Shown: positions 7,453 to 16,584 of the stretch, piece after piece
Numbering within the stretch: the first letter of the stretch is position 1
Layout of the letters: each line of letters starts with the position of its first letter
Assembly: GCA_965649055.1 (NCBI GenBank)
Contig: CBFGJG010000025.1
Location: 1 to 28,635 of the forward strand
DNA length: 28,635 nt
Origin: a candidate division WOR-3 bacterium
GTDB taxonomy: Bacteria > Hydrothermota > UBA3072 > B12-G15
Direction of reading: 5' to 3'
Translations under genes and position numbers: made by a program
Notes under the pieces: model-generated
Seen by the model: only the letters and a program-made list of their open reading frames with translations
Told to the model about the DNA's origin: nothing
Database searches by the model: none

Positions 7453-7597
7453 TTGTTCAGAATGTCTTCTTTGCACTTCTATCTGTCCAAACGGAACAAT
7501 TTTATTTAAAGATAGCAAAATTACTTTTTCAAAAGATACATATTTCTGTGGTCTATGCTTAAATATATGTCCGGAGGACGCTATTGAAAAAATATGA
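7415..7597 (+). CDS. Small dicluster-type ferredoxin
   Basis: CSECLLCTSICP and (T)YFCGLCLNICP motifs; GGAG upstream of the ATG at 7415; overlaps the alaS end and the GGR start. Confidence 0.8.
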   Translation: MEFCRNTLKVKSDCSECLLCTSICPNGTILFKDSKITFSKDTYFCGLCLNICPEDAIEKI

Positions 7598-8741
7598 TAT
7601 TATAGTAGTTGGAGCAGGTCCTGCAGGTGCTTTCTTTTCAAAGCTAATATCCAATTCAGGTTTTAAGGTTCTTGTTATTGAAAAAAAGAGAAAAATTGGA
7701 GAAAATGTCCACTGTGCTGAAGGTGTTTCAAGGAAATCTATAAATGAAATAATAGATATAAAAAAAGAATGGATATCATCACCTGTAGAAGGTTCTGTTA
7801 TGTCAGGTCCTGATAATACCGAGTTTATAACAGATTATCCAAATGTTGGTTGGATTCTTGATAGAGCAAAAATGGAAGAAGATTTAATGCTTGATGCAAT
7901 TAAAAATGGTGTTGATATAATTACAAAGAAGGAAGTTATTGAGATTTCAGATTATAATAAAGGGAGAGAAGTTACAATCAACACAGGTGAAAAATTTCTA
8001 TGTGAACTTGTTGTTGGTGCCGATGGATTATCATCTTTCACAGGGAGAAGAACAGGTATATTAAACCCTATGAGAATGGACGAATTCCATTCAACATATC
8101 AATATTTTGCCTTTGTAGACAAAAAAGATTCATACGCCGAGATGTATTTTTCTTACATAGATGTTCCAGGTGGATATTTCTGGTGTTTCCCGAAAGGTAA
8201 TGGATTCGCAAATGTTGGCCTTGGTATAGACCCTTCAATGACAAAAGGAAAACCAAAAGATTATCTTGACAAAATCATAAAAAAAAGATTCAGGATATTT
8301 AAACCTGTCTATGGTTTTGGTTCGGGAGTTCCCACAACATTTAACAGCAGGCTTGTGAAAGAAGGTGTTGCACTTATCGGGGATGGTGGTAGATTAACCG
8401 ACCCAATCACTGGTGGGGGTATTGCAAACGCATTAAGAAGTGCAAAAATGCTTGCAGAAACAATTATTAATGGCGATTTGTCACTGAAAACTCTTAAAAA
8501 TTATGAGAACAAGTGGAATAGAACATATGGTAAAAACAATAAATGGGGATGGAGTGCCAAATTGGTTTTTAAAAGTCTCAGAGAGGAAGATATAAAGAAG
8601 ATTGCAGAATTCGGGATAAAGAAATTTCACAACAAAACAATTGACGATATAGACCATTATGATATAATAAAAGGTATAATAAAAGAATACCCTGAGTTCA
8701 TAAAATGGGGTATAAAACTATTAAAAGGGAGATTTGATTGA
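7584..8741 (+). CDS. Geranylgeranyl reductase / digeranylgeranylglycerophospholipid reductase family flavoprotein
   Basis: GAGPAG FAD-binding motif, 'CAEG', PxxYxWxFP ('PGGYFWCFP') and 'GD...DPITGGGI'. Confidence 0.9.
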   Translation: MKKYDIIVVGAGPAGAFFSKLISNSGFKVLVIEKKRKIGENVHCAEGVSRKSINEIIDIKKEWISSPVEGSVMSGPDNTEFITDYPNVGWILDRAKMEEDLMLDAIKNGVDIITKKEVIEISDYNKGREVTINTGEKFLCELVVGADGLSSFTGRRTGILNPMRMDEFHSTYQYFAFVDKKDSYAEMYFSYIDVPGGYFWCFPKGNGFANVGLGIDPSMTKGKPKDYLDKIIKKRFRIFKPVYGFGSGVPTTFNSRLVKEGVALIGDGGRLTDPITGGGIANALRSAKMLAETIINGDLSLKTLKNYENKWNRTYGKNNKWGWSAKLVFKSLREEDIKKIAEFGIKKFHNKTIDDIDHYDIIKGIIKEYPEFIKWGIKLLKGRFD

Positions 8742-9460
8742 AAGTATATGAAAAAATTTTATATAATGTAAAAAACAAAAAAAAATCAATTGCTGTTCTT
8801 TTAGACCCTGATTCTGAAAATGTTAATAATCTTGGAAAGAAGATAAAAAAAATTAACGAGAGTTCTGTCGACTTTTTATTCGTTGGTGGAAGCACTATCT
8901 TCAATGAAGAGTTTGAAAATTTTTTGAAAAATGTAAAGAAATTATCTTCGAAACCAGTTGTTATTTTTCCAGGTTCATCTCTACAGGTTAGTAAGCACTG
9001 TGATGCTATATTATTTTTATCTCTTATAAGCGGGAGAAATCCGCAATTTCTTATTGGAGAACATGTATCATCCGCAATGAAAATAAAAAAACTTGGTATT
9101 GAATGTATTCCAACAGGGTATATATTGATTGAATCAGGAACCTTTACTTCTGTTGAATTTATGAGTAATACAAGACCAATCCCAAGGGATAAACACGATA
9201 TTGTTATATCACATGCATTAGCAGGAGAATTACTTGGTTTTAAACTGATTTATCTTGATGGTGGTAGTGGTGCTCTGTATTCAATTCCCGAAGAATTGAT
9301 TAGAAAAGTTAAAAAGGAAATAACAATACCTTTAATAATTGGTGGAGGAATAAAGAGTGCCAAAGATATTAGAGAAAAACATAATGCAGGTGCAGATATT
9401 GTTGTTATTGGAAATATAATTGAGAAAGACGAAGGATTTATTGATAAACTTGAAGGTTAA
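8738..9460 (+). CDS. Geranylgeranylglyceryl phosphate synthase (group II GGGPS/PcrB family)
   Basis: 'VLLDPD', 'VGGST', 'IFPGS', 'DAILFLSLISGRNP', 'TGYILI', 'YLDGGSGA' and 'IIGGGI' motifs; TTG start overlaps the GGR stop. Confidence 0.92.
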   Translation: MKVYEKILYNVKNKKKSIAVLLDPDSENVNNLGKKIKKINESSVDFLFVGGSTIFNEEFENFLKNVKKLSSKPVVIFPGSSLQVSKHCDAILFLSLISGRNPQFLIGEHVSSAMKIKKLGIECIPTGYILIESGTFTSVEFMSNTRPIPRDKHDIVISHALAGELLGFKLIYLDGGSGALYSIPEELIRKVKKEITIPLIIGGGIKSAKDIREKHNAGADIVVIGNIIEKDEGFIDKLEG

Positions 9461-9461
9461 T

Positions 9462-10220
9462 ATGAAAGGGCTGATACTTGCAGGTGGTCTTGGTAAAAGA
9501 CTATATCCTTTAACAAAAATAACAAATAAGCATCTATTACCTGTTTATGACAGACCTATGATTTATTTTCCACTCCTTACACTCGTAAAAGCAGGGATTA
9601 AAGACATAATGATAATAACAGGTGGTAACAATGCCGGAGATTTTATAAAACTTCTTGGTAATGGTCATTCTTTCGGCTTAAAATACCTACATTATGCTTA
9701 TCAGGAAAAGGAACTTGGAATAGCAAATGCAATTGCTCTTGCTGAAGAATTTATTGGAGAAGACCTTTTCACTGTAATTCTTGGTGATAATATATTTGAA
9801 AATGATATTTCAGGATATGTAAAAGAATTTGAAAAAATAGGTGAAGGTGCAATGATATTATTAAAAAAAGTCCCGAATCCAAAAGAATATGGAATTGCAT
9901 TTATATCAGAAAACAGAATTGTAAAAATTATTGAAAAACCTAAGAATCCAAAATCAAATCTTGCTGTTGTTGGTCTTTATATGTACGATAATACAGTATT
10001 CAAACAGATTAAAAAACTTACTCCTTCAAAAAGGGGTGAGTATGAAATCACAGATATAAATAATTATTATCTAAATAATGGAAGGTTACATTTCAAAATA
10101 CTTGATGGCTGGTGGGGAGATGCGGGTGAAAACATCGATAAATTACTTGAAGTGAACAATTATGTTGCAAATAAATTAAAAAAAGAGAAGACTCACTGGT
10201 GGAATACAAAGATATTTTGA
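9462..10220 (+). CDS. Sugar-phosphate nucleotidyltransferase (glucose-1-phosphate thymidylyltransferase RmlA/SpsI-like)
   Basis: 'GLILAGGLGKRLYPLT', 'NKHLLPVY', 'EKP' and 'SKRGEYEITD'; start revised to the ATG at 9462. Confidence 0.92.
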   Translation: MKGLILAGGLGKRLYPLTKITNKHLLPVYDRPMIYFPLLTLVKAGIKDIMIITGGNNAGDFIKLLGNGHSFGLKYLHYAYQEKELGIANAIALAEEFIGEDLFTVILGDNIFENDISGYVKEFEKIGEGAMILLKKVPNPKEYGIAFISENRIVKIIEKPKNPKSNLAVVGLYMYDNTVFKQIKKLTPSKRGEYEITDINNYYLNNGRLHFKILDGWWGDAGENIDKLLEVNNYVANKLKKEKTHWWNTKIF

Positions 10221-10771
10221 ATATTATTCAGGAATACAATAAATTACTTGAAGACCTCAAGATAAATTTTAAAATAATTAAAAAAATTTCAAAAATACTA
10301 ATTAATTCAATAAAAAAACAGGGAAAGATATTGACAATTGGGAATGGCGGAAGTGCTGCCTGTGCACAACATTTTTCCTGTGAACTCGTTGTAAAAATGA
10401 ACAAAGAAAGAAAATCTTTACCTTCAATTGCACTCACAACTGACACATCTATCCTTACAGCTGTATCCAATGACAATTCATTTTCGTATGTTTTTTCAAG
10501 GCAAATTGAAGCCATAGGTAAAAAAGATGATGTGCTTTTAATTTTCTCAACGAGTGGTAAATCTGTAAATCTGATCAATGCTGCTATAACAGCAAAGAAG
10601 AAAGGATTAAAAGTAGTTTCAATTTTAGGTAAAGACGGTGGAAATGTAAAAGAACTTTCAGATTTATTCTATATTGTTCCATCAATGAATACACAGAGGA
10701 TCCAGGAAATACACAATATTTTAATTCATATAATTGTTGAATTGATAGAAGATGATTTCATTAAGTCTTAA
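10199..10771 (+). CDS. gmhA: D-sedoheptulose-7-phosphate isomerase
   Basis: SIS-domain motifs 'GNGGSAA', 'FSRQ', 'STSGKS' and 'RIQEIH'. Confidence 0.92.
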   Translation: MEYKDILNIIQEYNKLLEDLKINFKIIKKISKILINSIKKQGKILTIGNGGSAACAQHFSCELVVKMNKERKSLPSIALTTDTSILTAVSNDNSFSYVFSRQIEAIGKKDDVLLIFSTSGKSVNLINAAITAKKKGLKVVSILGKDGGNVKELSDLFYIVPSMNTQRIQEIHNILIHIIVELIEDDFIKS

Positions 10772-11681
10772 ATCTTATGCTAAAGTAAATCTATTCCTTG
10801 ATATTACAGGAAAAAGAAAAGATGGCTATCATAATCTATCAACTATTTTTCAGATGGTTTCTCTTTATGATATTATAAAACTGAAACTAATTGATGAAGA
10901 AGTCATAAGGATAAAAACCAATAATAAAAATATACCTGAGGACGAAAATAACCTCGCATATAAGGCTGCCATGCTTTTCTTTAAAACTACAGGTATAAAA
11001 AAAGGATTAGAAATAGAAATAAAAAAAAATATACCTACAGGTGCCGGTCTCGGTGGTGGAAGTTCAAATGCTTCTGTTACTTTGCTCGGATTAAATAAGA
11101 TGTTCAATTATCCTATTGATTTTAAAAAAATAAAAAAATTATCAGAAAAAATAGGCTCGGATTGTCCCTTTTTCCTTGTTGGTGGAACAATATATGCAAC
11201 CGGAAAAGGTAATATATTAAAAGAATCTTTCAAAACTCCTAAATTTACTATTCTTATATTTTATCCTAATTTTGAGGTAAAAACAGAATTTGCATATAAA
11301 AATTTTTTAATCGATAAAGATTTAAATAACTTGACAAAAAAAAATATTAATGTATCTTGTATAATAAATGCCTTAAGAAATAACAGGGAAACAGAGATTG
11401 GAAAACTTCTTTATAATATTTTTGAAGATGGTTATTTTAAAATATATAAAGATGTTTTTCAATTTTATAGTTTCCTTAAAAATGGAAGGTGTTTAGGCGT
11501 GGGACTTGCTGGAAGTGGTTCAAGTTTGTATGCGATTTACAAGAAGAAGGAAGATTGCATTTCCGATTTTGAGTATCTTAAAAATTTTGGAAATGTATGG
11601 ATGTGTAGGACTATTTCTTCCAGCGAATATTTAAAAACTTTCAAACTATTGGAGGATGAATTATGCAGATTACTGAAGTAA
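10752..11681 (+). CDS. ispE: 4-diphosphocytidyl-2-C-methyl-D-erythritol kinase
   Basis: 'AKVNLFL', 'DGYH', '[16 protein letters not shown]' and 'GSDCPFF'. Confidence 0.96.
   Translation: MISLSLKSYAKVNLFLDITGKRKDGYHNLSTIFQMVSLYDIIKLKLIDEEVIRIKTNNKNIPEDENNLAYKAAMLFFKTTGIKKGLEIEIKKNIPTGAGLGGGSSNASVTLLGLNKMFNYPIDFKKIKKLSEKIGSDCPFFLVGGTIYATGKGNILKESFKTPKFTILIFYPNFEVKTEFAYKNFLIDKDLNNLTKKNINVSCIINALRNNRETEIGKLLYNIFEDGYFKIYKDVFQFYSFLKNGRCLGVGLAGSGSSLYAIYKKKEDCISDFEYLKNFGNVWMCRTISSSEYLKTFKLLEDELCRLLK
11331..11358 (+). promoter_or_regulatory. Putative promoter inside ispE for the spoVG/tRNA-Gln/prs block
   Basis: TTGACA, 16 bp, TATCTT: the same spacing as the other promoters in this window. Confidence 0.45.
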
Positions 11682-11959
11682 AAGTTATGTTGAGAAACGA
11701 ACCAAAATTGAAAGGCTTTGCTAATGTAACTTTTGACAATGAGTTTGTGGTGAGAGGTATCAAGATTATTGAGGGACAGAAGGGACTTTTTATTTCAATG
11801 CCTTCAAGAAGAAACAGAAACGGGCAACACAGGGATATAGCTCATCCTATTAATAACGAGACAAGAGAGAAAATACAAAATGCTATAATTGAAGAATACA
11901 AAAAAGTTTCTTCGAGGGTTAATTCCAATATTGAAAATAAGAAAAAGGAAGGTGAATAA
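11663..11959 (+). CDS. spoVG: SpoVG family nucleic-acid-binding regulator
   Basis: 'MQITEVKV', 'GLFISMPS' and 'DIAHPIN'; GGAGG RBS. Confidence 0.96.
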   Translation: MQITEVKVMLRNEPKLKGFANVTFDNEFVVRGIKIIEGQKGLFISMPSRRNRNGQHRDIAHPINNETREKIQNAIIEEYKKVSSRVNSNIENKKKEGE

Positions 11960-11967
11960 ACAATTAT

Positions 11968-12040
11968 TGGGGTGTCGCCAAGCTGGCAAGGCACGGGATT
12001 TTGGATCCCGCATTCGGAGGTTCGAATCCTCCCACCCCAG
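11968..12040 (+). tRNA. tRNA-Gln (anticodon TTG), CCA not encoded
   Basis: Acceptor stem TGGGGTG/CACCCCA, anticodon arm CGGGA-TTTTGGA-TCCCG, T arm GGAGG-TTCGAAT-CCTCC, discriminator G. Confidence 0.97.
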
Positions 12041-12055
12041 AAAAGGTGAGAAGAT

Positions 12056-12994
12056 ATGAATGAATTAAAGGTTTTCAGTGGAAATTCAAATAAGGCACTT
12101 GCAGAGAAGATTTGCGATTATATAGGTATTCAACCGGGCGAGATATTCGTCAGTAGATTTATGGATGGAGAAATCTGTGTAAAAATTCTCGAAAATGTCA
12201 GAGGAAAAGATGTTTTTGTAATCCAGTCCACATATCCACCTGCTGAGAATCTACTTGAACTTCTAATTATGCTTGATGCTTTAAAGAGGGCTTCAGCAAA
12301 AAGAATTACAGTTGTTATGCCATATTATGGATATGCAAGGCAGGATAAAAAAGATGAACCAAGAACACCTATAACTGCAAAGCTTGTAGCTGATCTCATA
12401 AGCACTGCCGGGGCAGATAGAATTCTATCTATAGACTTACACGCTGAACAGATACAGGGATTCTTTAACCTTCCTTTTGACCATCTCTATGCCGCCCCTG
12501 TTATTATAGAACATATACTTTCTCAGAATTTTAATCCCTCTGAACTTGTTATTGTCTCACCAGATCCGGGAAGGGCAAAGAGGGCAAGAGGCATTGCAAA
12601 GAGGATAGGTAATTTACCAATAGCAATAGTTGATAAAAGAAGGCCATCACCCAACCAATCAGAGGTGATGAATATCGTCGGTGAAGTTAAGGATAAAATT
12701 GTTATTTTAATAGACGATATCATCGATACTGGCGGAACTATTACAGGAGCAGCAAAAGCTCTTGTAGAACAGGGTGCCAAGAAAGTGTATTCATATGTAA
12801 CACACCCGTTGCTTTCAGGAGACTGCTTGAAGAAAATTGAAGAATCACCTATTGAAAAAATGATTGTTACAGATACTATACCGCTAAAAAATAAGTCTTC
12901 TGATAAGATTGAAGTCATATCCGTTTCAAGACTTCTCGGTGAAGCAATTATAAGGATACATAAAGAAAAATCTGTGAGTAATTTATTTATTTAG
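12056..12994 (+). CDS. prs: Ribose-phosphate pyrophosphokinase
   Basis: 'PYYGYARQD', 'DLHA', 'VSPD' and 'IDDIIDTGGT'. Confidence 0.98.
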   Translation: MNELKVFSGNSNKALAEKICDYIGIQPGEIFVSRFMDGEICVKILENVRGKDVFVIQSTYPPAENLLELLIMLDALKRASAKRITVVMPYYGYARQDKKDEPRTPITAKLVADLISTAGADRILSIDLHAEQIQGFFNLPFDHLYAAPVIIEHILSQNFNPSELVIVSPDPGRAKRARGIAKRIGNLPIAIVDKRRPSPNQSEVMNIVGEVKDKIVILIDDIIDTGGTITGAAKALVEQGAKKVYSYVTHPLLSGDCLKKIEESPIEKMIVTDTIPLKNKSSDKIEVISVSRLLGEAIIRIHKEKSVSNLFI

Positions 12995-13003
12995 GAGGTA
13001 TCT

Positions 13004-13690
13004 ATGTTGAAGATTGAAGCGTATGAAAGAAAAGAGTTAGGAAAGTCTGGAGTTAAAAAACTTAGAAAAGACGGCTATATTCCAGCAGTAGCGTATGGAC
13101 ATAATGAGAAAACCATCCATTTAAAAATTAAATATCAGGACTTAAAACAACTGATACACGACCTTCCTTCTGAATCTGCGACAGTTGAACTTTCAATCGG
13201 TGATAAGAAATTTACAACAATTATAAAACAACTCACAAGAGATTTCAGAACCCATGACTTTCATCATGTCGATTTCCAGATATTACACAAGGATGAGAAA
13301 GTAAAGGTAAAAGTTCCAATAGAACTTACAGGCGAATGCCAGGGTGTTAAAGAAGGTGGTGTTATTGATTTCGTAGTAAGGGATGTAGAAATAATTTCAT
13401 TACCTGCCAATATACCCGAAAAGATTGTTATTGATATAACGAATCTTAAGATAGGGCACTCTGTCCATGTGGGTCAGATAAATACAGAAGATAAATACAA
13501 AATTCTATTACCACCTGATACTCCTATTGTTTCAATAGTTGTTCCTAAGAAGATAGAAGCTGCTGCACCAACAGAAGCTGTAGTGGCTGAAGAACCAAAA
13601 GAACCTGAACTTATATCTAAGAAGAAAGAAGAAAAAGAAGAAGTTGAAGAAGAAACCAAAGAAGAAAAGAAGGAAGAAAAGAAAAAATAA
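13004..13690 (+). CDS. rplY: 50S ribosomal protein L25/Ctc
   Basis: 'IPAVAYG', 'HVDF' and 'GVKEGG' motifs, charged C-terminal tail; prs-rplY-pth synteny. Confidence 0.96.
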   Translation: MLKIEAYERKELGKSGVKKLRKDGYIPAVAYGHNEKTIHLKIKYQDLKQLIHDLPSESATVELSIGDKKFTTIIKQLTRDFRTHDFHHVDFQILHKDEKVKVKVPIELTGECQGVKEGGVIDFVVRDVEIISLPANIPEKIVIDITNLKIGHSVHVGQINTEDKYKILLPPDTPIVSIVVPKKIEAAAPTEAVVAEEPKEPELISKKKEEKEEVEEETKEEKKEEKKK

Positions 13691-13691
13691 A

Positions 13692-14258
13692 ATGACAAAA
13701 AAACTTATTGCAGGACTTGGAAATCCGGGGAAAGAGTACAGGAATACAAGACACAATGCAGGATTCATGTTTATAGATAAAATGGCTGAAAGCTTCAAAT
13801 TATATTTTAAACCAGGAAAAGGTGATTATCTTGAGACAAAAAAAGACGATGTTTTCTTTATAAAACCTATGACTTATATGAACAATTCAGGTATGGCAAT
13901 CTTACAATTTTTACAGGAAAATCCTACAATAAGTATTGAAAATATTCTTGTCGCTTATGACGATATGGATCTTCCTTTCGGTTTTATAAGGATTCGTAAA
14001 GATGGTTCAAGTGGTGGGCATAAAGGTATAGAATCCATTATATATCATCTTCAATCAAAAGACTTTTGTAGATTAAGAATAGGAATAGGTAAAGAAGGAG
14101 ATGGGATTGATTGGGTTCTATCAGATTTTACCAGAGAGGAAATGGAAAAATTACCTGAAATACTGGATATGTCAATTGAAGCTGCTATAACCTGGATTGA
14201 AGATGGAATTGACAAGGCAATGAATAGATTCAACAAAAAGGTTAAGGAGGTTTCATGA
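13692..14258 (+). CDS. pth: Peptidyl-tRNA hydrolase
   Basis: 'GLGNPG...TRHNAGF', 'TYMNNSG', 'GGHKG' and 'RLRIGIG'; start revised to 13692. Confidence 0.97.
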   Translation: MTKKLIAGLGNPGKEYRNTRHNAGFMFIDKMAESFKLYFKPGKGDYLETKKDDVFFIKPMTYMNNSGMAILQFLQENPTISIENILVAYDDMDLPFGFIRIRKDGSSGGHKGIESIIYHLQSKDFCRLRIGIGKEGDGIDWVLSDFTREEMEKLPEILDMSIEAAITWIEDGIDKAMNRFNKKVKEVS

Positions 14259-14542
14259 ACAAATATGAAGGTCTTATTATAATAGACCCAAGGCTTGAAG
14301 AAGAAAAGATAAAAAAAAGAATCGATGAATTGAAGAAAATGATCGAAGAAAGAGGAAAGATTGAAAATATCACAGACTCAGAACCATGGGGCAAAAGAAA
14401 ACTTGCCTATCCAATAAACAAATCAGAAGAAGGATACTATGTGCTAATTGAATTTACAGGTGATGGACAACTTGTTGAAGAATTAAAAAAACATCTGATA
14501 ATAGGAACAGACTATATGAGATTTATGTTTTTGCGGAGATAA
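14255..14542 (+). CDS. rpsF: 30S ribosomal protein S6
   Basis: 'KYE' and 'WGKRKLAYPI' motifs; rpsF-ssb-rpsR synteny. Confidence 0.97.
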   Translation: MNKYEGLIIIDPRLEEEKIKKRIDELKKMIEERGKIENITDSEPWGKRKLAYPINKSEEGYYVLIEFTGDGQLVEELKKHLIIGTDYMRFMFLRR

Positions 14543-14543
14543 T

Positions 14544-14984
14544 ATGAATAATATAAAATTACCATACATAAATAACGCATTTTTAATTGGTAGAGCCACA
14601 AAGGACTCAAGACTTCTATTCTCAAAGAATGATGTCCCTTTCTGTATGATAACCGTTGCTAACAATAGAAGATACAAAGATAAAAAGACGGGTGAATGGG
14701 CAGAACAGACTAATTTTATAAATGTAAAAATTACTGGTCCTTTAGCCCAGGATGTCTGTGACAGGATAAAAAAAGGGACACCTTTATATATTGAAGGTTC
14801 AATAGAAACTTATAATAAGGAAATAGGTGGAAAAAATATAACTCATACTGTTATAAGGGCTAAAAGCGTGAAGATACTATCATCTGATACTATAACAGAA
14901 GAGGAAGAATTCTCACCGCCTGAAATTCCAAATGGGAGTGAACTTCCTCCTGTTGGTGAGGAAGATGAAGAATTACCATTTTAA
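14544..14984 (+). CDS. ssb: Single-stranded DNA-binding protein
   Basis: OB-fold motifs 'LIGR' and 'YIEG', acidic 'DEELPF' tail, synteny. Confidence 0.95.
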   Translation: MNNIKLPYINNAFLIGRATKDSRLLFSKNDVPFCMITVANNRRYKDKKTGEWAEQTNFINVKITGPLAQDVCDRIKKGTPLYIEGSIETYNKEIGGKNITHTVIRAKSVKILSSDTITEEEEFSPPEIPNGSELPPVGEEDEELPF

Positions 14985-14993
14985 GGAGGTATA

Positions 14994-15209
14994 ATGAAAA
15001 ACAAGGATTGTTATTTTTGTTCAAACAATATTAATTATATTGACTATAAGAATATAGACCTATTAAAAAGGTTTACATCTGAAAGCGGTAAAATACTTGC
15101 AGGGAGAACAACCGGAACCTGTGCAAAACACCAGAGGAAACTGAAAAAGGCTATTAAAAGAGCAAGGATAATGGCATTACTACCTTTTGTCGCTAAGATT
15201 TCAAGGTAG
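14994..15209 (+). CDS. rpsR: 30S ribosomal protein S18 (Zn-binding form)
   Basis: 'CYFC', 'IDYK', 'CAKHQR' and 'ALLPF'. Confidence 0.97.
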   Translation: MKNKDCYFCSNNINYIDYKNIDLLKRFTSESGKILAGRTTGTCAKHQRKLKKAIKRARIMALLPFVAKISR

Positions 15210-15215
15210 GTGATT

Positions 15216-15665
15216 ATGGATGTTATCCTTTTAAAAGATGTGCCAAATCTTGGTAGAAAAGGTGAGAAAAAACATGTGAAAGATGGTTATGCAAGAAATT
15301 ATTTAATACCTAATGGATTAGCACTCCCCTACTCACCTGCAAACCTTAAAAGATTTAAAAGTGAATTTGAACTAAAGAAAGGATACGAAGAAAAAAAGGA
15401 AGAGGAAGCAATTAGATTACAAAAGGAACTTTCAACGGTCACATTAACTCTAAAAAGAAAAATCGGAAAAGATGGTAAACTTTTTGGAGCAATAACATCC
15501 AAGGATATTGCCGATTTACTTAAAGAGAAAAAAATTGAAATTGACAGAAAGGATATCCTCCTGGAAGAGCCTATAAAATCAAAAGGTATTTATGATATAA
15601 ATATAAAGATTTATAAAGACATTCATGCTACATTGAAATTATGGGTTGTGAGTGAAGAAGAATGA
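15216..15665 (+). CDS. rplI: 50S ribosomal protein L9
   Basis: '[11 protein letters not shown]', 'GYARNYLIP' and 'KLFGAIT'. Confidence 0.97.
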   Translation: MDVILLKDVPNLGRKGEKKHVKDGYARNYLIPNGLALPYSPANLKRFKSEFELKKGYEEKKEEEAIRLQKELSTVTLTLKRKIGKDGKLFGAITSKDIADLLKEKKIEIDRKDILLEEPIKSKGIYDINIKIYKDIHATLKLWVVSEEE

Positions 15666-16144
15666 AAGAAGTTTATATCTCTGGATTTGGACAGGATGAA
15701 AAAGGAGGTATTGTTATAATTCTTTCAGAAAAATTACCAGGTAAGAAAGTATTACCTATTTGGATCGGAGAATACGAGGCACAGGCTATTGCAAGGGCAT
15801 TACAGAAAGTATCTCCACCAAGACCTTTAACCCACGAACTATTAATAAGCATTATATCAGGTCTTGAATTTACAATTGACAAGGTTGTTATAACCGATTT
15901 AAAAGAGAATACATATTATGCAGTTATCTGGTTAAAAAAAGAAAATAACATCTATCACATAGATTCAAGACCATCCGATGCAATAGCACTTGCTGTGATG
16001 TCAGGAGCACCAATATATGTTGATGAAAATGTTTTGGAAAAAGGTGGAATAGACATTGAAACATCAGAGAAAAACGCACAGGATATAAAGAAATATCTTC
16101 TATCAATGAAACCCGAAGACTTTGGCAAGATAGACCTCAAATGA
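15662..16144 (+). CDS. Bifunctional nuclease family protein (DUF151)
   Basis: '[10 protein letters not shown]', 'PRPLTHEL' and '[11 protein letters not shown]'. Confidence 0.93.
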   Translation: MKEVYISGFGQDEKGGIVIILSEKLPGKKVLPIWIGEYEAQAIARALQKVSPPRPLTHELLISIISGLEFTIDKVVITDLKENTYYAVIWLKKENNIYHIDSRPSDAIALAVMSGAPIYVDENVLEKGGIDIETSEKNAQDIKKYLLSMKPEDFGKIDLK

Positions 16145-16584
16145 AATGTGTAATCCAGAGGGTTAAAGAAGCATCCTGTAAAATTGAAGGGAAAGAAATA
16201 TCAAGAATAGATAAAGGACTGCTGATATTTTTGGGCATACAAACCGATGACAGAAAGGAAGAAGCAGAATACTTAGCGAGCAGGATACCAAATTTGAGAC
16301 TTTTTGAAAGAGACGGAAAATTTAACGATTCTTTAATAGATGTTAATGGGGAAGCACTTGTTATATCACAATTTACATTGTTAGGTAGAACAAAAAAGGG
16401 TTTAAGACCTGATTTCATTCTTGCAGAAAAACCTGATAAAGCAGTGGAACTCTATAAGTTTTTTATAGATGAATTATCAAAATATATACCGGTTAAATCA
16501 GGGATTTTCGGGGCAAAAATGGAAATAAGTTTAATAAATGATGGTCCTGTTACAATAATTATAGACACCCGGGAGAATCTATGA
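16141..16584 (+). CDS. dtd: D-aminoacyl-tRNA deacylase
   Basis: 'VIQRV', 'SQFTL' and 'NDGPVT'. Confidence 0.97.
   Translation: MKCVIQRVKEASCKIEGKEISRIDKGLLIFLGIQTDDRKEEAEYLASRIPNLRLFERDGKFNDSLIDVNGEALVISQFTLLGRTKKGLRPDFILAEKPDKAVELYKFFIDELSKYIPVKSGIFGAKMEISLINDGPVTIIIDTRENL

Noticed and set aside
11960..12055. tRNA-Gln as an integration site for a mobile element
   Set aside because: No integrase or duplicated tRNA 3' end was seen, and the spoVG-tRNA-prs order is intact.
13590..13690. GAA/AAA-rich repetitive tract
   Set aside because: It encodes the ordinary Glu/Lys-rich tail of L25/Ctc.
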